Positions 36,795 to 46,518 of a stretch of 64,000 nucleotides of DNA are shown one piece after another. The notes under the pieces are model-generated. The model saw nothing but the letters and a program-made list of their open reading frames with translations, did not search any database and was not told where the DNA came from. Position 1 is the first letter of the stretch, and each line of letters begins with the position of its first letter. The stretch comes from Bacteroidetes bacterium GWA2_32_17 (lineage in GTDB: Bacteria > Bacteroidota > Bacteroidia > Bacteroidales > GWA2-32-17). Location of the stretch: contig MENF01000150.1 of the NCBI GenBank assembly GCA_001769035.1, positions 10,848 to 74,847 on the forward strand, written 5' to 3'. The translations under genes were made by a program, and so were the position numbers.

Positions 36795-38162
36795 TTACTG
36801 TCCGCAATTAACTTTACATCTGTTGCAACGCGAAAGCTCACCACGTAAACGTTTTTCAACTAAATTATTAATTTCATTACGCAGTGGTTCTAACAAAATT
36901 TTATTTATAACCTCATCGGCAAATGCCTGCATTAACAATTGGCACGATTCTTTTTTCGAAATTCCCCGGGAACGTAAATAAAACATAGCGTCTTCGTCTA
37001 ATTGACCGGTAGCAGAGCCATGACTACACTTAACATCATCGGCATAAATTTCGAGCTGTGGTTTTGAACGAACCTTTGCATCATTTGTTAAAAGTAAATT
37101 TTTATTCGATTGAAATGCAAGAGTTTTCTGAGCTTTTTTATCAACTAAAATTTTGCCCGAAAAAATACCTGTTGAAGAGTTATCTACAATTCCTTTGTAA
37201 AGTTGAAAACTTTCACATTCGGGCGATAAATGGTGAACGTGAACATTGTTATCGAAATGCTGATTTTTATCGGCTAACCACAATGCATAAGATTTGTTGA
37301 TTGCATGCGGCTCATTTAATTCAACATACAAATTGTTACGAACAGTACCCCCATTTAAAGTGATATTTACAGAATTTACAAAACTATTTTCCTTTTGTGA
37401 AATAAAAGTATTTGTAATTTGAACAGAGTGGTCGTGTGCATTTTGTTGACGATAAATTTCGAGTTTCGAGTTTTTATTTGCTATAACTTCAAAAGTACTG
37501 TTTAATAAAAAAGACTGAGGGTTTAAACTATGGTCACAAATAACAATATTCGCAGAACTATTTTCTTCAGCAATAATCAGATTATAAGGTTGAACCATTA
37601 ACTCTTCGGTTGCTACAATTAAATTAATTAATTGTATTGGTTCATTTATTATAATATTCTTTGGTAAATAAACGAAAAGTCCGTCTTGAGCAAAAGCCAT
37701 ATTTAAAGATGACAAAGAGTTTTTTTGTTTAGTTAGATTTTTTCCATAATATTTTTTTACTATTTCAGGATATTGTTTCGAAGCTTCAATTAAACTCCCT
37801 ATTATTGCACCATTATTGTACTTTGTTAATAATTTTTCTTTTTCATAAAACCATCCATTAACTAATACCAGATAATTATCTAATTCGGGAACATCACATT
37901 TAAAGACTTCGTTTACATCTATTGTTAATTTTTGTTTTGAAAACTGACGTTTATATGCCCCCAAAAAAGCTGCTTCAATATTAGTATATTTATAATTCTC
38001 ATCTTTTTTAGATGGAAGACCAGATAAATCAAATTCTTTAAATGAAGTTTGCCTGATATTATTTATAAAATCAGGAGTCTGCTTAAAAATTTCTTTGTAA
38101 TTATTGTTATAATCTTCAACCAGAACGTTTTTACCGGGAGATGTATTTGTTTCGTTATTCAT
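36795..38162 (-). CDS. sufD: Fe-S cluster assembly protein SufD
   Basis: SufD-like beta-helix region (SHGSATGQLDEDAMFYLRSRGISKKESCQLLMQAF), downstream of sufC. I use the ATG at 38162. The 20 extra N-terminal codons in the ORF track (to 38222) are encoded by a MITE-like repeat. Confidence 0.85.
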   Translation of the reverse strand: MNNETNTSPGKNVLVEDYNNNYKEIFKQTPDFINNIRQTSFKEFDLSGLPSKKDENYKYTNIEAAFLGAYKRQFSKQKLTIDVNEVFKCDVPELDNYLVLVNGWFYEKEKLLTKYNNGAIIGSLIEASKQYPEIVKKYYGKNLTKQKNSLSSLNMAFAQDGLFVYLPKNIIINEPIQLINLIVATEELMVQPYNLIIAEENSSANIVICDHSLNPQSFLLNSTFEVIANKNSKLEIYRQQNAHDHSVQITNTFISQKENSFVNSVNITLNGGTVRNNLYVELNEPHAINKSYALWLADKNQHFDNNVHVHHLSPECESFQLYKGIVDNSSTGIFSGKILVDKKAQKTLAFQSNKNLLLTNDAKVRSKPQLEIYADDVKCSHGSATGQLDEDAMFYLRSRGISKKESCQLLMQAFADEVINKILLEPLRNEINNLVEKRLRGELSRCNRCKVNCGQ

Positions 38163-38190
38163 ATTTAAATAATTAGTATCTATAAATAAA

Positions 38191-38318
38191 GTCAGTGTTT
38201 GATTCAGAATGTCCGAGTTCAAGGCTTTCGAAGTATTAAAATCAGAAGTTTACTAATGTAAATGCCTGATTTTTAATACGAGAATAACGTAGAATTCGGA
38301 CATTATGGACAAACACTA
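38191..38318. mobile_element. MITE-like palindromic element, copy 2, filling the sufC-sufD spacer
   Basis: Its reverse complement reads tagtgtttgtccataatgtccgaattctacgttattctcg...gaactcggacattctgaatcaaacactgac, which matches 24084-24213. Confidence 0.75.
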
Positions 38319-38319
38319 G

Positions 38320-39072
38320 TTATTCGGCAAATTCTTTTTTAATCCAATCATAACCTTTTTCTTCGAGTTCAAATGCGAGTTCTTTGCCAGCTGTTTTAAC
38401 AATTTGTCCGTTATATAAAACATGTATAATATCAGGAATAATATAATCTAATAATCGTTGATAATGTGTTATAACAATTGTTGCAGAATCCGGACGTTTT
38501 AATTTATTTACACCATTTGCAACAATTCTTAAAGCATCAATGTCCAGACCGGAATCAGTTTCATCTAAAATTGCAAGTTTTGGTTCTAACATTGCCATCT
38601 GAAAAATTTCATTTTTCTTTTTTTCTCCACCCGAAAAGCCCTCATTTACTGAACGATTAGTGAGCTGAGAATCAATTTCGACAAGTTCTTTTTTCTCACG
38701 CATTAGTTTTAAAAAGTCAGATGAGCTTAATAGTGGTAAATTCTGGTATTTTCGTTTTTCATTTACAGCAGTTTTCATAAAGTTTACCATGCTTACGCCA
38801 GGTATTTCGATTGGATATTGAAAACCTAAAAATATTCCCATTCTGGCTCTGTCTTCGGGTAGCAACTCAAGCAAATTTTTACCTTCAAAAATCACTTCGC
38901 CTGAAGTAACTTCAAAAAGTTCGCGACCAGCAAGAACAGCAGCAAGAGTACTTTTACCCGAACCATTTGGTCCCATAATAGCATGCACTTCGCCAGCTTT
39001 TACTTCGAGATTTATTCCCTTTAATATTGGTTTCCCGTTAATTGATACTTTTAATTTTTTTATACTTAACAT
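38320..39072 (-). CDS. sufC: Fe-S cluster assembly ATPase SufC
   Basis: Walker A GPNGSGKST, signature FSGGEKKKNEI, Walker B LAILDETDSGLD. 250 aa. Confidence 0.95.
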   Translation of the reverse strand: MLSIKKLKVSINGKPILKGINLEVKAGEVHAIMGPNGSGKSTLAAVLAGRELFEVTSGEVIFEGKNLLELLPEDRARMGIFLGFQYPIEIPGVSMVNFMKTAVNEKRKYQNLPLLSSSDFLKLMREKKELVEIDSQLTNRSVNEGFSGGEKKKNEIFQMAMLEPKLAILDETDSGLDIDALRIVANGVNKLKRPDSATIVITHYQRLLDYIIPDIIHVLYNGQIVKTAGKELAFELEEKGYDWIKKEFAE

Positions 39073-39100
39073 TTTTTATTTTGTTTATTATTTTACGTTT

Positions 39101-39220
39101 ACTTACATAGTCATACATAGTCATACATAGTCATACATAGTCATACATAGTCATACATAGTCATACATAGTCATACATAGTCACACATAGTCACACATAG
39201 TCACACATAGTCATACAATC
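39101..39220. repeat. 10-bp tandem repeat, about 12 units (tcatacatag x7, tcacacatag x3, degenerate end units)
   Basis: Read directly: 39111-39180 holds seven exact units and 39181-39210 holds three units with a T-to-C change. It lies between the sufC start (39072) and the sufB stop (39421). Confidence 0.95.
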
Positions 39221-39420
39221 GTTTATTTTTTATTTCCATTATTTGCAATTTTTTCAACCAATTTCTATTTATTTCTGTTTTTAAAGTTTATAATTTTTGG
39301 TTAATGATTTTCAATCTATTTCGATTTATTTCTGCTTTTTTAATTTCTATTTATTTCAATCTATTTCTGTTTTTACTGACTACTGATTACAGTTTTACGT
39401 TTTATAAATCTTCAACTTTT

Positions 39421-40869
39421 TTATCCCACACTTCCTTCCAAACTAATCTGCAAAAGTTTTTGTGCTTCAACAGCAAATTCCATTGGCAATTGTTTTAAAA
39501 CTTCGCGTGCATAACCGTTAACAATTAGTCCAATTGCATCTTCAGTAGAAATTCCTCGCTGATTGCAATAAAATATCTGGTCTTCGCCAATTCTCGAAGT
39601 AGTAGCTTCATGTTCTACAATTGCTTCTTTATTGTCAACTTCGATATAAGGAAATGTATGTGCTCCGCAGTTATTTCCAAGTAAAAGCGAATCGCATTGT
39701 GAATGATTGCGTGCATTTTCGGCATTCTTAAGAACTTTAACAAGCCCCCTGTAACTATTCTGGCTAAAGCCTGCTGATATTCCTTTTGACACAATTCTGC
39801 TTTTAGTGTTTTTGCCAATGTGCATCATTTTAGTTCCGGTATCAGCCTGTTGATGGTTATTTGTTACAGCCACAGAATAAAATTCAGCCGAAGTATTATT
39901 GCCTTTTAAAATACAGCTTGGATATTTCCATGTAATTGCCGAACCTGTTTCAACTTGTGTCCACGAAATTTTTGAGTTATCTTCTTTGCAAATGCCACGT
40001 TTAGTAACAAAGTTAAAAATACCACCGTTTCCATTTTTATCACCGGGATACCAATTTTGTACAGTAGAATATTTTATTTCGGCATCTTTTAATGCAACTA
40101 ATTCAACAACTGCAGCATGTAATTGATTTTGGTCGCGTTTTGGAGCAGTGCATCCTTCTAAATAACTTACATAAGCACCTTCATCGGCAATTATCAAAGT
40201 TCTCTCAAATTGACCTGTATTTTCAGCATTTATTCTGAAATATGTCGAAAGTTCCATTGGACAACGAACACCTTTTGGAATGTAAACAAATGAACCATCG
40301 CTAAAAACAGCACAATTTAAAGTTGCAAAAAAATTATCGGTGTAAGGGACAACAGAACCTAAATATTTCTTAATTAAATCGGGGTGTTCGCGAATTGCCT
40401 CACTCATTGAGCAAAAAATTATTCCGAGGTCAGCTAAACTTTCTTTAAAAGTAGTTTTTATTGAAGCACTGTCCATTACAGCGTCAACAGCAACTCCACT
40501 TAATTTTTTTTGTTCATCTAAAGGAATTCCAAGCCTATCGAATGTTGCCTTTAGTTCGGGGTCTATTTCATCTAAAGAGTTTAATTTAGCACTTTGTTTT
40601 GGAGCTGAATAAAAAATAATTTCCTGATAGTTTATTTCGGGAAGAGTTAGATGTGCCCATGCAGGCATTTTCATTTTTAACCAGTGTTCATAAGCTTTTA
40701 ACCGCCATTCGAGCATAAAATCAGGTTCATTTTTTCGGGAAGAAATTGTTTTAATTACATCTTCATTTAACCCTTTTTTAATAGTGTCGGCTTCAATATT
40801 TGTAACAAATCCGTATTTATATTCGTTCCCGGTTACTTCATAAATAATTTTGTCTTGCTCGTTTTCCAT
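39421..40869 (-). CDS. sufB: Fe-S cluster assembly scaffold SufB
   Basis: 482 aa with typical SufB blocks ([50 protein letters not shown]). Confidence 0.95.
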   Translation of the reverse strand: MENEQDKIIYEVTGNEYKYGFVTNIEADTIKKGLNEDVIKTISSRKNEPDFMLEWRLKAYEHWLKMKMPAWAHLTLPEINYQEIIFYSAPKQSAKLNSLDEIDPELKATFDRLGIPLDEQKKLSGVAVDAVMDSASIKTTFKESLADLGIIFCSMSEAIREHPDLIKKYLGSVVPYTDNFFATLNCAVFSDGSFVYIPKGVRCPMELSTYFRINAENTGQFERTLIIADEGAYVSYLEGCTAPKRDQNQLHAAVVELVALKDAEIKYSTVQNWYPGDKNGNGGIFNFVTKRGICKEDNSKISWTQVETGSAITWKYPSCILKGNNTSAEFYSVAVTNNHQQADTGTKMMHIGKNTKSRIVSKGISAGFSQNSYRGLVKVLKNAENARNHSQCDSLLLGNNCGAHTFPYIEVDNKEAIVEHEATTSRIGEDQIFYCNQRGISTEDAIGLIVNGYAREVLKQLPMEFAVEAQKLLQISLEGSVG

Positions 40870-41246
40870 AATAATTACAAATAAGTTCCGATGTTTGGCA
40901 CAAAGTTAATTAGAATAAATCTAAATAACAAATTAATTACGATTTATTATCTTAATAAATATTTAAAGAGGTGATTTTACAAATTTTTGTGATTTTTTAT
41001 ATTTTCTGTTTAATACCGATAGGGTATCTGTAATATTTCAATAAATTGTCCTATAAAACTAGTCGAGGGGCATTATACCAAATGTAACTTGACTTATTTG
41101 TGACCTACGAAAAGGTATTATTTCGTTGCTATTATAAATTAATATTGATAGCCAATCGTTATCAACTAAACCAAGCAACATGATTGTACTTTATACAATT
41201 TTTTAATGGTATAGTATAAGAAAGATATTTTAATTCTTTTAACAAA

Positions 41247-42713
41247 TTAGTTACTACTAATATTGTACCTGCATAAATTAGCATTTGCGAGATTAAATGG
41301 GCTTCCTTGTTTTACCAATGTTCTACCAAACTGCTCAATTGTGTCAGGAAATGAAGTTAACCAACAGTCTTTAATTAAATAAATGTTGTCCTGTTTAAAA
41401 ACTTCATCTATCATTTGCCTGTTTCTGACATACGCCCCATCATGTGAGGTTGTTTTAATATCATCAGGGTTCATAACTGAGTAAATATAAGAGTTCCAGT
41501 ACTCAGCAATAATACCTGCTTTCCCAAGTTTTTTTAATTCTGCAACATACTCAGAATATGGCTTAAAGGAAGGGAACCAAACATATTTTAAAGTATAAAT
41601 AGTACCGAAACTTCCTATTAAAACTGTAATTAACAATGTATATTTAACAAAGTAAAATTTTATTTTACTGATATTAATATTTTCAAATAATAACAATATA
41701 ATAATTGTAGCAGAAATATAAGTGCAGTTAAAATATCTCCTGGGAACGCCATTTAGATATGTCCATTTAGTGATAATAATAATTACAAAAACAATTATTA
41801 AATCTAATAGAAAAAATAAAAATATTCTTTTTGTTAGCTTGTCAGTAAATCTTACTTTTTTCCAAAACAAACATACCAGAACAATACTAAACAAAGCCAA
41901 GTATGAATATATACTTGTAAACCTTTCATTTAATTTAAAAAGGAAAATATCACTTAGTGTTTTAAAAAATATATTTAGTGATTCTATAATTTCGTTTGGC
42001 TTGCTTATTAAAGAATAATCGTTTCGAATTGTTGATGTACTTTTAGCATAAATAATAAATATAGAGCCGACTATAATACCAAATATGAGATAATATAAAT
42101 CAGCTAATTTAAAAATTGATTTAATTGAATTATCAAGAATTAAAAAATAAAAGTGTAAAAGAATAAATATACCAATTGAAACCATTGCCAAGTCAGAATC
42201 CCAAATTGCAATTATCATAGAAAATACTGCAAGTAAAAGAAAAACATGTTGCTTGAAATTAATTTGGTGGTTTTCTCTATTTAATTTTGATATAAGGTAT
42301 ATTCCGATAAAAAGGAAAACATACTGAATACTTAAAGTTAATTGTGTAATATCAATTTCTCTTTCGGGCGGTAAAAACCATATTAAAGCAAACAAAAATT
42401 TTACAAAGTATGACTTAAAAAAAGTAGAAATTGCAAAAAATCCAATAATTAATAGAAAATAATGTGTAATTGCTTCTGAATATATTGCCGAAATATGAAA
42501 CACTTTGTTTGGGATTTGAGCAATTAATGGTATAATTGACCCCATTCTATCCTGTCCCCAGAAATATAAATCACCTGGCAAATGAAAATAATGTGTCATT
42601 AAAATAGTTACAGCATTATCAGAATTTAAACCAGGATAAAAAACAGATGAATAAATTCTAAATGAAATTAATATTATAGTTAACAAAGATATATAATAGT
42701 AAAGCCTTTTCAT
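41247..42713 (-). CDS. Polytopic membrane protein, possibly an ArnT/PMT-like glycosyltransferase
   Basis: About 12 hydrophobic segments followed by a soluble C-terminal domain. The family assignment is only by general architecture. Confidence 0.35.
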   Translation of the reverse strand: MKRLYYYISLLTIILISFRIYSSVFYPGLNSDNAVTILMTHYFHLPGDLYFWGQDRMGSIIPLIAQIPNKVFHISAIYSEAITHYFLLIIGFFAISTFFKSYFVKFLFALIWFLPPEREIDITQLTLSIQYVFLFIGIYLISKLNRENHQINFKQHVFLLLAVFSMIIAIWDSDLAMVSIGIFILLHFYFLILDNSIKSIFKLADLYYLIFGIIVGSIFIIYAKSTSTIRNDYSLISKPNEIIESLNIFFKTLSDIFLFKLNERFTSIYSYLALFSIVLVCLFWKKVRFTDKLTKRIFLFFLLDLIIVFVIIIITKWTYLNGVPRRYFNCTYISATIIILLLFENINISKIKFYFVKYTLLITVLIGSFGTIYTLKYVWFPSFKPYSEYVAELKKLGKAGIIAEYWNSYIYSVMNPDDIKTTSHDGAYVRNRQMIDEVFKQDNIYLIKDCWLTSFPDTIEQFGRTLVKQGSPFNLANANLCRYNISSN

Positions 42714-42906
42714 TTAATGAATTAAATTATTAGTAGAAATTTTTATAAAATTAAAAAAATTAAATAATAAAGAAAAAAATCTTCTGCTTTATTAAAGAAT
42801 AACATTTAGTAACAAGGGGTAGGAATTGAATTTTATTTTAAAATAAAAAAAATGTTTACATTAATTTTAAATTAGAATCAATTAAAATTTTTATTACCTT
42901 CGCAAA

Positions 42907-43704
42907 ATGTTTTTGGGCAAAAGCATCTTTATATTATTTCTTTCATTATCAGTTATTTTGGGTTCTTGCAGCAAGTATCAAAAATATCTGAAAAGTTCCG
43001 ATTATGCTTTAAAGTACGAAAAAGGAGTAGAATATTACGAAAAAAAGGACTATTACAGAGCTGTCGGGTTATTTGAAGAATTAGAAAACATTTACAAAGG
43101 TTCCGAAAAAGCTGAAAAAATTCATTATTACATGGCATACTGTTATTATAATCAGGGCGATAACATTTTAGCAGGATACTATTTTAAAAACTTTTCTGAA
43201 CGATATCCACTTAGCATTCACCGCGAAGAATGTGATTATATGTTGGCATATTGTAGTTATTTGAATTCACCCTTACCCAATTTAGATCAGGCATATACAT
43301 ATAAAGCAATTGACGAAATGCAACTGTTTTTAAATAAATATCCAAAAAGTACCCGCATTGCCGAATGTAATAAAATTGTTGATGATTTACGTTACAAATT
43401 AGAAGTTAAATCGTTTAGAGCATCTAAATTATATTTTGACATTGAAGATTATAAAGCTGCAATTATTGCTTTAAAAAACGGACTTAATGATTATCCCGAC
43501 ACACAATTCCGCGAAGAAATTTTATATTTAACACTAAAATCGGCATATCTGTTGGCAGAAAATAGTATAAACATTAAAAAAGCTGTTAGATATCAAGATA
43601 CAGTTGATGAATATTATAATTTAATTTCAGAATTTCCTAATTCTATATATCTTAAAGAAGCAAAAAAGATTTTTGACACGTCAACAAATAAATTAAAAAA
43701 ATAG
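42907..43704 (+). CDS. bamD: Outer membrane protein assembly factor BamD (TPR lipoprotein)
   Basis: Lipobox ILGSCSK. TPR-like YEKGVEYYEKKDYYRAVGLFEEL. Position upstream of rpoZ-coaBC-DUF4835-recN, as I recall from other Bacteroidota. Confidence 0.75.
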   Translation: MFLGKSIFILFLSLSVILGSCSKYQKYLKSSDYALKYEKGVEYYEKKDYYRAVGLFEELENIYKGSEKAEKIHYYMAYCYYNQGDNILAGYYFKNFSERYPLSIHREECDYMLAYCSYLNSPLPNLDQAYTYKAIDEMQLFLNKYPKSTRIAECNKIVDDLRYKLEVKSFRASKLYFDIEDYKAAIIALKNGLNDYPDTQFREEILYLTLKSAYLLAENSINIKKAVRYQDTVDEYYNLISEFPNSIYLKEAKKIFDTSTNKLKK

Positions 43705-43729
43705 TAACTATTCAGTATGCATAAAAATT

Positions 43730-43979
43730 GTCACGCAAAGTCGCAAAGTTCGCAATTCACCCCGTTATATAATTCCTATAGAAATGTGGTATGAAAATAA
43801 AAATTGGTATCCAACAGGGTTAATATAGAAAATTATAATAAGTAAAAAGAAAAAATGACTATGAGATTTTATGTTTTGAATAGTAAACACGCTGTAAGCA
43901 CGCAATGAAAAAAATCATTAATGATTTTTTTAAACTTTGCGAGCTTAAAACTTTGCGGGCATTGCGAGCTTTGCGTGAC
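43730..43979. mobile_element. About 250-bp element with terminal inverted repeats GTCACGCAAAG.TCGCAA
   Basis: The left end is gtcacgcaaagtcgcaaagttcgcaat. The right end is attgcgagctttgcgtgac. The internal ttcaccccgtt and ctttgcgag motifs recur at 36640-36780. Confidence 0.6.
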
Positions 43980-44067
43980 ATAATATTTGAGAGAAGAACT
44001 TGTATGTTAAATAAAAAATCAAATTAACTTTGACTCTGATTAGTTACAAAAAATAAATTACAAATAT

Positions 44068-44400
44068 ATGGATTACAAAAAAGTAAATGCCTCTGTTACA
44101 ACAATTACCAGAGATTTAAACAAACTCGAAGAACAAACTGGAAATATTTATAAATCAGTTATTATAGTTGCTAAACGTTCTAATCAGATTTCTCTCGAAA
44201 TAAAAGAAGAATTAAGCAAAAAACTTGAAGAATTTGCTTCGTTTACAGATAATTTAGAAGAAGTTTTTGAGAACAGAGAACAAATTGAGATTTCACGTTT
44301 TTACGAAAAGCTTCCAAAACCATCATCAATTGCACTTCAGGAATATATTGATGAAAAATTAAGTTTTCACTCACCCGAACAACCAGACAGCATGAAATAA
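44068..44400 (+). CDS. rpoZ: RNA polymerase omega subunit-like protein
   Basis: NIYKSVIIVAKRSNQISLEIKEEL resembles the omega core helix. 110 aa, in the conserved position between bamD and coaBC. Confidence 0.6.
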   Translation: MDYKKVNASVTTITRDLNKLEEQTGNIYKSVIIVAKRSNQISLEIKEELSKKLEEFASFTDNLEEVFENREQIEISRFYEKLPKPSSIALQEYIDEKLSFHSPEQPDSMK

Positions 44401-45599
44401 TGCAACTTCACGGAAAACATATAATCCTTGGAGTTTCGGGAAGCATTGCCGCTTATAAATCGGCTTTTATTATTCGCCTTTTAATTAAAGAAGGTGCTGA
44501 TGTTAAGGTCGTTATGACTAACTCCGCGAAAGAGTTTATTACACCTCTTACCTTATCAACCCTATCGAAAAATGAAGTCTTATGTGATTTTTTTAACCAA
44601 CATGGAAATTGGAACAGCCATGTTGAACTTGGTGTGTGGGCTGATTTAATGCTCGTTGCACCGGCTTCGGCAAATACTATTGCTAAAATGGCTAACGGCA
44701 TTTGCGATAATCTTTTACTAACAACATATTTATCGGCAAAATGCAAAGTAATGGTTGCTCCTGCTATGGATTTAGATATGTTTGTCCACAAAACAACACT
44801 GAACAATTTAAAGAAATTAAAATCGTATGGTAATATAATTATTGAACCTGCTTTTGGTGAACTTGCCAGTGGATTAGATGGCAAAGGAAGAATGGAAGAA
44901 CCCGAAAATATTGTTTCGCAGGCAATTAAAATTATTAATCTAAAAAAAAAACTAAAATCTAAACGCATATTAATTACAGCAGGTCCAACAATAGAAGCAA
45001 TTGACCCTGTGCGTTTTATAAGCAATTATTCGTCTGGTAAAATGGGTTATGCTATTGCAAACTGTTTAGCAGAACAAGGTGCAGATGTAACATTGATTTC
45101 TGGAAAGGTTGAAAGCCATATTGTTAATACTTCTGTGAAAATAATAAACGTTGTTTCGGCAGCGGAAATGTTTGAAACGACAAAAAAATATTTTCCAAAA
45201 TGTGATGCGGCTATTCTTGCTGCGGCTGTTGCAGATTACACACCTAAAGTTGTTTCAAATAACAAAGTAAAAAATTCTCATACCAAAACATCTTTAGAGC
45301 TTATACCTACCAAAGATATTGCTGCATATTTAGGTTCAGTAAAAAAGAGTAATCAAATTACTATTGGTTTTGCTTTAGAAACTGAAAATGAAATAAAAAA
45401 TGCAAAACTAAAGCTAAAAAACAAAAATCTTGATTTAATTGTGCTAAATTCATTGAACGATAAAGGTTCGGGATTTGGTACCGAAACAAATAAAGTTACC
45501 TTTATTTTTAAAAACAATAAAATTCGTAATTTTGAGTTAAAGCATAAATCTGAAGTAGCCGAGGATATTGTTAATGAGTTACATAAACTGTTATCATAA
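44400..45599 (+). CDS. coaBC: Bifunctional phosphopantothenoylcysteine decarboxylase / phosphopantothenate-cysteine ligase
   Basis: GKHIILGVSGSIAAYKS, PAMDLDM and ITAGPTIEAIDPVRFISNYSSGKMGYAIA. Confidence 0.92.
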   Translation: MQLHGKHIILGVSGSIAAYKSAFIIRLLIKEGADVKVVMTNSAKEFITPLTLSTLSKNEVLCDFFNQHGNWNSHVELGVWADLMLVAPASANTIAKMANGICDNLLLTTYLSAKCKVMVAPAMDLDMFVHKTTLNNLKKLKSYGNIIIEPAFGELASGLDGKGRMEEPENIVSQAIKIINLKKKLKSKRILITAGPTIEAIDPVRFISNYSSGKMGYAIANCLAEQGADVTLISGKVESHIVNTSVKIINVVSAAEMFETTKKYFPKCDAAILAAAVADYTPKVVSNNKVKNSHTKTSLELIPTKDIAAYLGSVKKSNQITIGFALETENEIKNAKLKLKNKNLDLIVLNSLNDKGSGFGTETNKVTFIFKNNKIRNFELKHKSEVAEDIVNELHKLLS

Positions 45600-45603
45600 T
45601 ATT

Positions 45604-46512
45604 ATGCAAAAGTTTATAATAATTTGTTTTTTATTTATTTCTGATTTAATTGTTGCCCAGGAATTAAATTGTCGCGTTCAGGTTGTTTCGCAACAAATTC
45701 AAGGTTCAAACAAACACATTTTTGAATCAATGCAAAAAGATATTTACGAGTTTTTAAATAATCGAAAATGGACCGATAATGTTTTTTCGAACGACGAACG
45801 TATTGAATGTAATTTACTTATTAATTTAACTGAACAGATTTCAGCCGACGAATATAAAGGAACAATTCAGGTTCAATCGAACCGCCCTGTGTTCAGTACA
45901 AATTTTAATTCTGTGATTTTTAATTTTAAAGATAACGATGTTCAGTTTAGATACGTTGAGTTTCAATCAATGGAATTTAGCGAAAATACTAATATGGCAA
46001 ATTTAACATCTTTGCTTGCATATTATGTCTATATAATTATAGGTCTCGATTATGATTCATTTTCTTTAAATGGAGGTTCTGCCTATTTTCAAAAAGCCGA
46101 AAAAATTGTTACAAATGCACAATCGGCACAAGAAAAAGGATGGAAATCGTTTGAAAGTCAACGTAACAGATACTGGTTAATCGAAAATATATTAAATCCT
46201 AAATATTCTCCTATAAGAGAATTTTTTTATTTGTACCATAGAAACGGATTAGATATTATGGCAGAGAAAGCTACAGATGGCAGAACACAAATTGCCGAAT
46301 CGTTTAAACTTTTACAGAAAGTTTATCGCGAAAAACCAAGTCCGTTTATGACATTTTTGCAAGTTGTTTTTGATGCCAAATCTGACGAGTTTGTTAACGT
46401 TTTTTCTGAATCATATCCCGATGAAAAGACAAGAGTTAACAACTTGCTAAAAGAAATTGACCCCGCAAATTCTACAAAATATCAAAAAATAATGTTAACC
46501 GACGGCAAATAA
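45604..46512 (+). CDS. DUF4835-like secreted protein
   Basis: Signal peptide MQKFIIICFLFISDLIVAQ, in the conserved position between coaBC and recN. ATG at 45604 is preferred to the upstream extension overlapping coaBC. Confidence 0.55.
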   Translation: MQKFIIICFLFISDLIVAQELNCRVQVVSQQIQGSNKHIFESMQKDIYEFLNNRKWTDNVFSNDERIECNLLINLTEQISADEYKGTIQVQSNRPVFSTNFNSVIFNFKDNDVQFRYVEFQSMEFSENTNMANLTSLLAYYVYIIIGLDYDSFSLNGGSAYFQKAEKIVTNAQSAQEKGWKSFESQRNRYWLIENILNPKYSPIREFFYLYHRNGLDIMAEKATDGRTQIAESFKLLQKVYREKPSPFMTFLQVVFDAKSDEFVNVFSESYPDEKTRVNNLLKEIDPANSTKYQKIMLTDGK

Positions 46513-46518
46513 TAATTT

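Noticed and set aside
36795-36830. The Cys-rich C-terminal tail of SufD (CNRCKVNCGQ) as an unusual extra metal site
   Set aside because: I cannot tell from memory whether this tail is normal for Bacteroidota SufD. Without an alignment it is not a supportable anomaly.
39101-39220. The 10-bp array as a CRISPR array
   Set aside because: The units are contiguous with no spacers, the unit length is far too short, and there are no cas genes in the window.
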